A stretch of 64,000 nucleotides of DNA from Candidatus Hydrogenedentota bacterium (GTDB lineage: Bacteria; Hydrogenedentota; Hydrogenedentia; Hydrogenedentales; SLHB01). Made by a program: the position numbers and the translations under genes. Location of the stretch: assembly GCA_045863335.1 (NCBI GenBank), contig BTVY01000003.1:128001-192000 (forward strand), given 5' to 3'. Below are positions 36,003-46,266 of the stretch, piece by piece. Numbering within the stretch: position 1 is the stretch's first letter; each line of letters opens with the position of its first letter. The notes below the pieces were generated by a model. The model made no database searches, had not been told where the DNA came from, and saw only the letters and a program-made list of their open reading frames with translations.

Positions 36003-37303
36003 ATGAAAGTAACCGAGATTAAAGACGACGCGACCTTCGCCGCGGTCGTGAAAAGAATCAGCGGCCGGAGCGACGATAGCGACAGCGCGACACAGGAAGC
36101 CGAGAAGCTCGCGGCAACGCAGTCGATCGTCAACGACGTGCGGGACCGTGGAGACGCGGCGGTCGCCGAGTACACGGAACGCTTTGATGGCGCAAAACTC
36201 GACCCGGATCAGTTCGAAGTTACCATCAAGGAAATGGACGTGGCGCTGGGTTCGGTCGACAAGCAGACGCTGGCCGCGCTCGAACGCGCGCACGAGAATA
36301 TATCCGCATTTCACGAGAAGAACCTTCGGCAATCCTGGGAGGAGACGGCTCCAGATGGGTCTGTTCTCGGGCAGCGCATCACGCCAATCGATAGCGTGGG
36401 CCTTTATGTGCCGGGGGGAACCGCCTTCTATCCGTCTTCAGTCCTCATGAACATCGTGCCTGCGCGTGTGGCGGGCGTGAAGGAACTGGTCATGGTGTCG
36501 CCGCCCTCGTACGAAGGGGGCATTCACCCGCTGGTGCTGGCTGCCGCGCGGATCGCGGGAGCATCCCGCGTGTTTCGCGTGGGCGGGGCGCAATCCGTTG
36601 CCGCGCTGGCGTATGGGACCGAGACGATCCCGTCGGTATCGAAGATCGCAGGACCCGGCAACATTTACGTAACCTTGGCCAAGCGGTTGGTTTCGTCCAT
36701 CTGCGACATCGACAAGGAAGCGGGACCATCCGAAGTGGTGGTACTTGCGGACGATCGGTCTGATCCCGACCAAGTTGCGTTGGAGCTGCTGGCGCAGGCG
36801 GAACACGATGTCGATGCGCGGGCCATGCTGGTGACAACGTCCGCGAGACTTTTTGAGTCCGTGAAGGAATCCATTAGCAAACACGTGGAGACGCTTTCCC
36901 GGGCCGCGATTATCCGTAAGGCGCTTGCCGATTGCGGCGAAGTCTTTATCGTACGCACGGTCGCAGAGGCCGTGCAGCTCACAAATGTGATCGCTCCCGA
37001 GCATCTTTCCATTCAGGCCGACGACCCGCGTGGACTGTTCGACGCGATTCAGAACGCTGGTTGCGCGGTGTTGGGCGGCGGGACTTCTGTCGCGGTGGGC
37101 GACTATTACGCGGGACCCAATCACATTCTGCCGACAGGGCGCCGGGCGCGCTTTGCATCGCCTCTGACAGCGGAGGATTTCCGGAAAGTCACCAGCATCA
37201 TTTCCTTCTCGCCCGCGCGCATGAAGGAAGTGGGGGATGACATCATCCGTCTCGCCAAGGCGGAGAAGCTCGACGCCCACGCGCGTGCGGTGGAGATTCG
37301 CAC

Positions 37304-37307
<4 letters not shown>
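36003..37307 (+). CDS. hisD: Histidinol dehydrogenase
   Basis: GLYVPGG, GPGNIYV, AGPSE, AQAEHD, APEHL and GDYYAGPNHILPT motifs. Confidence 0.95.
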
Positions 37308-38416
<1,109 letters not shown>

Positions 38417-38423
38417 GAGGGAG

Positions 38424-38524
38424 CATGGGCTTCCAGCCCGTGTAGTCGTCGCGGTGGCAACGAGGTGCCAGCGAGGTGCCACGGGCTTCCAGCCCGTGTC
38501 TTCCCATGGGCATCTTGCCCATGG
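38424..38524. repeat. Cluster of three related REP-like hairpins between convergent genes
   Basis: catgggcttccagcccgtg, cacgggcttccagcccgtg and ccatgggcatcttgcccatgg. Confidence 0.8.
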
Positions 38525-38536
38525 AACTCTTACTAC

Positions 38537-40201
38537 CTACGTCCCGCCGCCAGCCGCCATCTCCCGCATCGCCACCAACTCGTCCAACTGACGCTGCAGC
38601 AGATCATACTCCGGATTGAGTTCGATGGCTTGCCGCTGCCATTCAATTGCCTCTTCCAGATTGCCCGTCAACTGGGAAAGACTTGCAAGCACATAGTAGG
38701 GCATCCAGTCGTCGGGGGACATGGCCAGCGCGCGGTACGCAGCAGTGCGCGCCTCGTCGAATTTGCCTCCCCATAGGTAGACATGTGCGACGGTGAGCAG
38801 CGCGCGACCATGTTCGACCGTATCGATCTCGCTTTCCACACGCGTCTTCACGCGGTCGATGGTTTCACCGTTCCAAGTGGCTGCGGGAGCGGCAATGCCG
38901 GTGCGAATGAAGTGTTCCACAATCGACAGCGACAGTTGCCGGTTGCCTTCGATGGTTGGATGAACGTGATCGAGAAACCAGTCATTGCCCGGAATGCCGT
39001 GTTCGCTGAGGGTGCCTATCATCGAATCGAAGTCTATGGCCCCGGCGGCTTCTTTGGAAACTACCTCGTCAATCGCCGCCAGCAGCGGTCCAGTTGCCCG
39101 CAGCGGGCACACGTCGTCGTCACGAGCCCTCTCGAACGACCGGTGCGCGTTCTCGTATTCACCCAGTTCCCAGAAGATACGCCCACGGAGAAAGTGGGCT
39201 TCGGCGTATCCGTCGTCGATAGCCAGGCAATCGTCCAGGGCAATTAACGCATCGGGTAGCCTGCCTTCGTCAATGAGCATCCGCGCGCGATTCAGGTCGC
39301 GCCGGAATTGCGCGTACGCGTCTTCCGATAGTCCGTCGCTCGATTCACTCTTGAAGGGCGAGCAGTCACGCAGGTTTGACGGGGGTGTGACGAAGAGGAT
39401 AGGGGCGTCTGCGTCGCGGGCCAACAGGACCAGTCGTCTCAGATTGTGTTTGAACTGTTCGCGGACCAGGTTCGCGTACGCGTCGTCGCGGTGGTACGCG
39501 CTGGGACCGATTGAATTGTCCAGTATCGTATCGACTTCCGCTGGAAGGACAACTTCAGATGAGGCGGATCGGAACGGGGTGACCCATCGCTGTATGACCG
39601 TGTACACGCGCGAGCGCGACACGAGCGTTCCGATGCGCCGTTCCAATGGATGAGTATTGAGCACACCTTCGAAGGTGCGTCGCTCCAGGAATTCATTGTG
39701 ACCCGTATAGACGATGAACAGATCCGGTTCGTATTGGCATAACTCTTCCATAACCCGGGCGAGCCGGTAACTGGCATAGCTGATGCCGCCGCAGTTGACC
39801 ACCTCCCAGTGCCGGGAGGGATCGACCTCCGGCAGGTACGCGCGCAACCATCCGGAAAAGGACGTCGCGTCGTCGTAGGGATGTCCGAACGTGGTTGACC
39901 CGCCCAAGGTGAAGATCCGGTAGCCGTTCGCCGGTTTCGTCGACCGAAACGATTGCGTGTTGAAGTACTTGCGCTTATTTTCGGCGGTAACCTTGACCGA
40001 GTTTCCGTCCGAATCGACGCCATCGGCGAAGAGGGGTAGATAGGAGGCGAAGCCAATGTACGGGTCCTCGTGCCGGATCATCGGCGTCACCCCGGAAAGT
40101 GCCAGAAGGGCCTCCGCACCCGCAAAAAGGCACGCTGTGATCAGGACTGGCGCCGCATAGCCCGACAGGCGGCGCAACCAGGACTTTGAACCCTCTGCCA
40201 C
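38537..40201 (-). CDS. Membrane-anchored SGNH-like + TPR protein
   Basis: RIFTLGGSTT, VNCGGISY, YTGHNEF and FLDHVHP motifs; TPR-like repeats. Confidence 0.8.
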   Translation of the reverse strand: MAEGSKSWLRRLSGYAAPVLITACLFAGAEALLALSGVTPMIRHEDPYIGFASYLPLFADGVDSDGNSVKVTAENKRKYFNTQSFRSTKPANGYRIFTLGGSTTFGHPYDDATSFSGWLRAYLPEVDPSRHWEVVNCGGISYASYRLARVMEELCQYEPDLFIVYTGHNEFLERRTFEGVLNTHPLERRIGTLVSRSRVYTVIQRWVTPFRSASSEVVLPAEVDTILDNSIGPSAYHRDDAYANLVREQFKHNLRRLVLLARDADAPILFVTPPSNLRDCSPFKSESSDGLSEDAYAQFRRDLNRARMLIDEGRLPDALIALDDCLAIDDGYAEAHFLRGRIFWELGEYENAHRSFERARDDDVCPLRATGPLLAAIDEVVSKEAAGAIDFDSMIGTLSEHGIPGNDWFLDHVHPTIEGNRQLSLSIVEHFIRTGIAAPAATWNGETIDRVKTRVESEIDTVEHGRALLTVAHVYLWGGKFDEARTAAYRALAMSPDDWMPYYVLASLSQLTGNLEEAIEWQRQAIELNPEYDLLQRQLDELVAMREMAAGGGT

Positions 40202-40360
40202 GACTACCTCGCCTTTCCTGAACGCCCGACGTCACCCCCACGGAATGGCCGCTTATGGTACGATGTTACTATATTGAGGGCAAGATCTTCCGTTCTGCAG
40301 TCTGACCTGCTGCGAAGATCCAACTTGTGGAGTCGTGCCGTGAATACGCTGCTAACACCG

Positions 40361-41167
40361 ATGCGCATTTTGGTTCTTTTCGTTATGGTGTGTGGCCTTT
40401 CGCTTCAAGGGTGCGTCACGCCCGAGGGGGGACAGCAGCCCAACATACTCTCGACCGAACAGGAGATTGCACTCGGCGACAAGATGGCCACGGAAGTCGA
40501 GGCCAACGAAAAGATCCTGAACGATCCCATCATTGACGACTATGTGAAGGAAATCGGCGTTCGCCTTGCCCGCATTTCGCCAAGGCAAGACGTTCCGTAC
40601 CGCTTTACCGTCGTCGACAACCCAGACACCGTCAACGCATTCGCCCTGCCCGGGGGCCACATGTACATCTACACTGGGCTCATGAAACTCTGTCAGAACG
40701 AGGCGCAACTCGCATCCGTCATGGCCCACGAGATCGGCCACGTGGCCGGCCACCATCATGGAGAAAGCCTCACTCGGCAGTACGGCTACAGTATGTTGAT
40801 CGGATTCATTCTCGGTGACCGGTCTTCGCAGGGCGCGGAAGTGGCGGCCCAACTCATCGGAACCATCGGTGAGTTGCGCTTCAGTCGTGGCCAGGAAAAC
40901 GAATCGGACCGGATTGGAATGGACATGATGTGGCGGGCGGGATACAACCCGGAAGCCATGGTAAGCTTCATGGAGCGCATGCTGCAAAACGAACAGCAGC
41001 AGGGGAGGGGGCAACCTGCGTTGAAGTTCTTGTCTTCCCACCCCGCAACAGCCGAGCGCATTGCCGCGTTGCAGGCACTCGTCGCGCAATACCCCGCCGA
41101 CCTTCGCGCGACCAGCCCAGTTTATGCGGAACGCTATCAGGAGAAGGTTCTGAATCGGTTGAAGTAG
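40361..41167 (+). CDS. M48 family metallopeptidase lipoprotein (BepA/YfgC-like)
   Basis: LQGC lipobox; NAFALPGG, AHEIGH (HExxH), E..SD..G and LSSHP motifs. Confidence 0.92.
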   Translation: MRILVLFVMVCGLSLQGCVTPEGGQQPNILSTEQEIALGDKMATEVEANEKILNDPIIDDYVKEIGVRLARISPRQDVPYRFTVVDNPDTVNAFALPGGHMYIYTGLMKLCQNEAQLASVMAHEIGHVAGHHHGESLTRQYGYSMLIGFILGDRSSQGAEVAAQLIGTIGELRFSRGQENESDRIGMDMMWRAGYNPEAMVSFMERMLQNEQQQGRGQPALKFLSSHPATAERIAALQALVAQYPADLRATSPVYAERYQEKVLNRLK

Positions 41168-41276
41168 CACTTTGGAGTGCGACGCCTTGGTGTCACTGAA
41201 TTCCGGGTCATCGACGCGGGGAGCGCATTCGAAACGTGGACTTTCGTGATCCGCACGTGACAGATGTGCGGCGAAT

Positions 41277-41344
41277 GTAGCGCAGGCGTCCTCGCCTGCA
41301 TCTTGCATTGTACCGGGAATTGCAGGCGGGGACGCCTGCGCTAC
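41277..41344. repeat. GTAG-type REP doublet
   Basis: gtagcgcaggcgtcctcgcctgca (41277-41300) and tgcaggcggggacgcctgcgctac (41321-41344), one mismatch. Confidence 0.88.
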
Positions 41345-41380
41345 ATAACGGAATCCGGCGAGAGCCGTCTCTCGCAGTCA

Positions 41381-41414
41381 GAAGAAAAGACCCCCGGCCT
41401 TTCGACCGGGGGTC
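41381..41414 (-). terminator. Intrinsic terminator of ppdK
   Basis: gacccccgg...ccgggggtc stem followed by TTTTCTTC on the minus strand. Confidence 0.75.
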
Positions 41415-41440
41415 CATTGTAGCGTCAATGAATCGGCAGG

Positions 41441-44200
41441 TTACTTCTTCTTTTTCTTGCCGCCGGACTTCTTGCCCTTCTTCTCTTCCTTACGCGGCGT
41501 TTCGATGGCGGCTTGTGCCGCGGCGAAGCGCGCGATGGGTACGCGGAAGGGGCTGCAGCTCACGTAGTTCAAGCCGACGCGGTGGCAGAACTTCACCGAG
41601 CTGGCCTCGCCGCCGTGCTCGCCGCAGATACCGACTTTCAGGGCCGGGCGCGCCGAACGGCCGCGTTCGACGCCCATGGCGACCAACTGGCCGATACCTT
41701 CCTGGTCCAGCGCCTGGAAAGGATCCTGCGGCAATATCCCCTGCTCGATGTAGTGCGGCAGGAAGCCGCCCACGTCGTCGCGGGAGTAGCCGAAGCCCAT
41801 CTGCGTCAGGTCGTTCGTGCCAAAGCTGAAGAACTCGGCGTCCGCGGCGATCTTATCCGCAACCAAGCAAGCACGCGGGATTTCGATCATCGTGCCGACC
41901 ATGTAGTTCAGCTTGAGCTTGAATTCCTTTTCGACCTGTGCCGCGACGTTGCGGACGATGGCGGCCTGATTCTTGAACTCGTTCTCGTGACCCACCAGCG
42001 GGATCATGATTTCCGGAAGCACCTTGACCTTCTTCTTGGTCAATTCTGCGGCCGCTTCCAGGATGGCCCGCGCCTGCATTTCCGTGATCTCCGGATAAGC
42101 GACGCCCAGACGGCACCCGCGGTGACCGAGCATCGGGTTCAGCTCGTGCAACTGGTGGATGCGTTCCTTAATCTTGCTTGCCGGTACGTTGATCTGCTTC
42201 GACAACTCGTCGACCTGCTTGTCCGTCAACGTGACGAACTCATGCAGCGGCGGGTCCAGCAAGCGAATGGTCACCGGTTTGCCGGCCATGACCTTGAGGA
42301 TGCCGATGAAGTCCTTCTTCTGGTAAGGAAGGAGCTTCATGACGGCCTTGCGGCGCACGTCTTCGTTCTCCGCCAGAATCATCTCGCGCATGTGCACGAT
42401 GCGTTCCGGCTCGAAGAACATGTGCTCCGTGCGGGCGAGACCGATGCCTTCGGCGCCGAACTGGATGGCCTGCTCGGCGTCTTCGGGGCGTTCGGCGTTG
42501 GTGCGAACGTTGATCTGCCGCACCTGGTCCGCCCACGTCATCAACTTCTTGTACCACGGGTTCCGTTCAGGCTGTGCAGGAAGGACGCCAACCTGGCCAA
42601 CGTACACCTTACCGGCCGAACCGTTCAAGCTGATCCAGTCGCCTTCCTTCAACACCGTGCCGTTGGCGGAAACCGTCTTCTCTTTGTAGTTAATCGCCAG
42701 GGTGCCGCAACCCACGATGCAGCATTTGCCCCAACCGCGCGCGACGAGCGCCGCGTGGCTGGTCATGCCGCCCTTCGCCGTGAGAATCGCCTGGGCCACG
42801 TGCATTCCGTGCACGTCTTCCGGCGAGGTCTCGTTGCGGACCAGCACGACCTTTTTACCCTGCTTCGACCAGGCTTCCGCCGTGTCGGCGCTGAGCGCGA
42901 TCTGACCCACGCCACCGCCGGGACCGGCCGGAAGACCGCTCGCGAGAACTTGCGCCTTCTTCTCGGCGGCCGGGTCCAGCATGGGGTGCAGCAGTTCGTC
43001 CAACTGCTCCGGCTTCACGCGCATGATGGCTTTGGTCTTGTCGATGAGCTTGCTCTCGGCCATCTCGACGGCCATGCGAATCGCGGCCGTACCCGTGCGT
43101 TTACCCGTACGGGTCTGGAGCATCCAAAGGACACCATCTTCGATGGTGAATTCGATGTCCTGCATGTCCTTGTAATGGCTTTCCAACTTCAGGCGGATCT
43201 TGTCGAGCTGCTTGTACGCCTTCGGATTCACTTCTTCCAGCGACTTGTGGCCCTTGGACTCGGCGCGCTTGGTGGCCTTGTTCAGGGGGGACGGTGTGCG
43301 CGTACCGGCCACGACGTCTTCACCCTGCGCATTGACCAGCCATTCGCCGTAGAACTGGTTCTCACCGGTGGCCGGGTCGCGCGTGAACGCCACGCCGGTG
43401 GCCGACGTTTCGCCCATGTTGCCGAAGACCATCGCCTGCACGTTCACCGCGGTGCCCCAGTCGTGGGGGATGCCTTCGATGCGGCGGTAGGAGATGGCGC
43501 GCTTACCGTTCCAGGATTGGAACACGGCCTTGATGCCGCCCCAGAGCTGGGCGTTCGCATCGTCGGGGAATTCCTTGCCCAGCGTCTTCTTGACGATCGC
43601 CTTGAACTCTTCACAGAGTTCTTTCAAATCTTCCGCGGTCAACTCGGGATCCAGCGTCACGCCGCGCTTCTTTTTCAACGCGTCCATGGCATGTTCGTGT
43701 TGCTCGCGCACCGAGTGGCCGTCTTTCGTTTCCACGCCCGCGGCTTTCTCCATCACCACGTCCGCGTACATCGTGATGAGGCGGCGGTAAGCGTCGTAGG
43801 CGAAACGCTCATCGCCGCTTTTGGCGATGAGGCCCGGGAGGGTCTTCGACGACAGGCCGATGTTCAGCACCGTGTCCATCATGCCCGGCATGGACATGCG
43901 CGCGCCGGAGCGAACCGACATGAGCAGGGGGTTCTTCGGGTCGTCGAACTTCTTGCCCATGACCTTTTCGGTGCGGGCGAGCGCCTTTTCGACTTCCTTG
44001 GTGAGTTCCTTGGGAAGCCGGCCCTTGTTGTTGTAATACTCGGTGCACATTTCGGTCGTGATGGTGAACCCGGCGGGCACCGGGATTCCCAGGCTCGACA
44101 TCTCGGCAAGGTTGGCGCCTTTGCCGCCGAGCAGTTCCTTCATGCCGGCGCGCCCCTCGGCCTTGCCGCCACCAAAGAAATAAACGTTCTTTTTAGCCAT
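41441..44200 (-). CDS. ppdK: Pyruvate, phosphate dikinase
   Basis: LLGGKGANLAEM, SVRSGA, GGMTSHAA, NPMLGHRGCRL, FSFGTNDLTQ and GICGEHGG motifs; AAGGAG RBS. Confidence 0.98.
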   Translation of the reverse strand: MAKKNVYFFGGGKAEGRAGMKELLGGKGANLAEMSSLGIPVPAGFTITTEMCTEYYNNKGRLPKELTKEVEKALARTEKVMGKKFDDPKNPLLMSVRSGARMSMPGMMDTVLNIGLSSKTLPGLIAKSGDERFAYDAYRRLITMYADVVMEKAAGVETKDGHSVREQHEHAMDALKKKRGVTLDPELTAEDLKELCEEFKAIVKKTLGKEFPDDANAQLWGGIKAVFQSWNGKRAISYRRIEGIPHDWGTAVNVQAMVFGNMGETSATGVAFTRDPATGENQFYGEWLVNAQGEDVVAGTRTPSPLNKATKRAESKGHKSLEEVNPKAYKQLDKIRLKLESHYKDMQDIEFTIEDGVLWMLQTRTGKRTGTAAIRMAVEMAESKLIDKTKAIMRVKPEQLDELLHPMLDPAAEKKAQVLASGLPAGPGGGVGQIALSADTAEAWSKQGKKVVLVRNETSPEDVHGMHVAQAILTAKGGMTSHAALVARGWGKCCIVGCGTLAINYKEKTVSANGTVLKEGDWISLNGSAGKVYVGQVGVLPAQPERNPWYKKLMTWADQVRQINVRTNAERPEDAEQAIQFGAEGIGLARTEHMFFEPERIVHMREMILAENEDVRRKAVMKLLPYQKKDFIGILKVMAGKPVTIRLLDPPLHEFVTLTDKQVDELSKQINVPASKIKERIHQLHELNPMLGHRGCRLGVAYPEITEMQARAILEAAAELTKKKVKVLPEIMIPLVGHENEFKNQAAIVRNVAAQVEKEFKLKLNYMVGTMIEIPRACLVADKIAADAEFFSFGTNDLTQMGFGYSRDDVGGFLPHYIEQGILPQDPFQALDQEGIGQLVAMGVERGRSARPALKVGICGEHGGEASSVKFCHRVGLNYVSCSPFRVPIARFAAAQAAIETPRKEEKKGKKSGGKKKKK

Positions 44201-44316
44201 TCGAATCTTCTCCTTCCGTGCTGTTCCCTTAAGCACGATACCCCGTTGAGCGCGGGGAGAAACGGTTACGGTGTGCAGTTCTCGTTCAACTGAACCCCCA
44301 TGCACAAAATCGCCAG

Positions 44317-44346
44317 ATTATAGCGGACGGCGTCGTGGGGTTGCAA
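44317..44346 (-). promoter_or_regulatory. Putative sigma70 promoter of ppdK
   Basis: Minus strand TTGCAA-N18-TATAAT. Confidence 0.6.
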
Positions 44347-44901
44347 AGTTTACGCGCGGATGGTGTTGGACAGCCCGTGGGGCTGGCGCGATTTCGCATT
44401 AATCCGGTATGCGGTGCGGACTGGGAAGACGGGCTGATTGCGTCACGGTACACTTTTGCCCACACTCCGCGCAGTATCGGGGCGCATCAAGCCGTGGCTC
44501 CCGTCCAAACGCCCGGAAATTGTGTATTATAGGAGTAGCCTACATACATATAATCAGAGACGGCCGCATCTGCGATTGCTCTCGTTTAATCCGGTGCGTT
44601 CGGTCGCGTCCCCTGGATGTTCGCCGGCAGGCATGCCGCCGGTCGATTGAAGGCGTTGACTTGGTCGCGTGCAGTCCGTTCTAATAGGACCGACAAATGA
44701 CAAAAAACGTCGCTGGGGCAACGTTTACGTCAGTTCAATTTACAGGAATCGACGATAGCGCGGCCTGCGGATGCAACGTAAGTCCTTGGTTGGCAATCCT
44801 CAGGCCTGGATGAGGGGGAGCATGGCACAAGTCCTGCTCATGCAAGTCTGCGCGAACGCGGTTGGGCTGGAAATACGAAGTCGGTATACGGGAGTCGCGC
44901 T

Positions 44902-45390
44902 ATGAAACGTACACACGGTTTCACGATGGTCGAGCTGATGATCGTCATGGAGATCATCATGCTCCTGACCGCGCTCGCCTACCCTCAACTTCGGCGGGCG
45001 CTGATCAACGCCCGCGAAGGCAACGCCGTTGGTTCCATGAAGATGATCGTCACCGCCCAGGCTGGGTTCAAGGAAGCGGGATTCGTCGACCTCGACGGAA
45101 ACGGCGAAGGCGACTATGGAACCCTTCCACAACTATCCGACCCTGACGGCGCGGGCGCGACCCAGGGGTTCATCGACACCGTGCTCGCTACGGGCGTGAA
45201 GTCGGGATACATTTTCACCATCGCCGTGACACCCGGCACCGCCACCAACCCGCCCTCGTACACCGTCACCGGAATCCCCACCATACCCGGCAGCACGGCA
45301 TACAAGATGTACTACGCCGACGATACCGGGATCATCCGTTTCACCGGAGACGGAACACCCGTGGGACCCACATCGCCGGTACTGGACTAG
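44902..45390 (+). CDS. Type IV pilin / pseudopilin-like protein with prepilin N-terminal cleavage motif
   Basis: MKRTHG/FTMVELMIV; KSGYIF and YYADDTGIIR C-terminal motifs; GGGAG RBS. Confidence 0.85.
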   Translation: MKRTHGFTMVELMIVMEIIMLLTALAYPQLRRALINAREGNAVGSMKMIVTAQAGFKEAGFVDLDGNGEGDYGTLPQLSDPDGAGATQGFIDTVLATGVKSGYIFTIAVTPGTATNPPSYTVTGIPTIPGSTAYKMYYADDTGIIRFTGDGTPVGPTSPVLD

Positions 45391-45657
45391 CCGATCAAGG
45401 TCGTGCTTCCGATTCCGCGCCACACCACAGCGCAGCCATGCATCGCGTACGTAGCGCCTGGTAGGTCAGACTGAGTCTGCCGGTTCCGGCATCCCGATCA
45501 TGTCGGCCACAACGGCGTTCGTGACTTGATAAATCCATTTCCGATCTGAGATCTCAGATCTGGAAATGGCGACGTCAAGGCGTGGCCTGGTTCGAGGGCG
45601 AACGCCCGTGCGTTGAGAGATTTCTCCGTTCGGATCCACTGCTAACGAAAGAAAGCC

Positions 45658-45736
45658 TTGGCCACAAAGGAACGCATAGAACTCAATTAAGAAAGTACGA
45701 GATCTTTTTGTGTTCTATGCGTTCTTTTGTGGCCAA
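45658..45736. repeat. Long inverted repeat with roughly 9-bp periodic arms
   Basis: ttggccacaaaggaacgcatagaactcaa (45658-45686) versus the reverse complement at 45708-45736, two mismatches. Confidence 0.85.
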
Positions 45737-45811
45737 TCCATGCATTACGCGAAACGAACGGGATCGCAGAGAGACTTGCACCCAAGAGGCTGGCCGCGCG
45801 CACGGTGCGAC

Positions 45812-45841
45812 TTGCCACGCCTTCCCGCTCCGCGCTACACT
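45812..45841 (+). promoter_or_regulatory. Putative sigma70 promoter of tRNA-Arg
   Basis: TTGCCA-N18-TACACT. Confidence 0.5.
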
Positions 45842-45926
45842 ACCGCCCATACCGCATCAAACCTGACCAAGCGGGGCTTCGCAATGAAGAAGACATCGAG
45901 CTTCCCGTGTGGTTAGCGACCTCTTC

Positions 45927-46000
45927 GCGCCTGTAGCTCAGTTGGATAGAGCAACGGCCTTCTAAGCCGTAGGTCGAGCGTTCGAATCGCTCCAGGCGCG
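45927..46000 (+). tRNA. tRNA-Arg (anticodon TCT), CCA not encoded
   Basis: Acceptor stem gcgcctg/caggcgc; D-arm tagctcagttggatagagc; anticodon arm acggc-cttctaa-gccgt; T-loop gttcgaatc. Confidence 0.97.
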
Positions 46001-46266
46001 CTTCTTTTTACAGCCAGGCCGTCCGCGGCTTCCCGCCGGACAACGGTCGCAACCCCTTGTCCAATGAATTCCGCTGTGCACATGATATTATGTCGTGACA
46101 GGATTCGGTACGCTGGTGGACACCGGGAGTGGGGCAGCGTGTGAGCCTAACGCGTGGGCAACGGAGTAGGGCGGCATCGCTTGTTGCAGTTGCGGAGACG
46201 TTCTTGCGACTACTCAGCGGGTGCCGGCACGCACCTCGCGCGCGAAGAGCGTGAAAGGAGACGGGT

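Noticed and set aside
38424-38524. Possible CRISPR array
   Set aside because: Only three diverged short hairpins with irregular spacing and no cas genes; fits a REP cluster.
41513-44293. 926-aa ORF on the plus strand
   Set aside because: Antisense shadow of ppdK caused by strong codon bias; no recognisable motifs.
44350-44900. Riboswitch or ncRNA in the long ppdK-pilin intergenic region
   Set aside because: No recognisable aptamer consensus by eye; an Rfam/Infernal scan is needed to exclude it.
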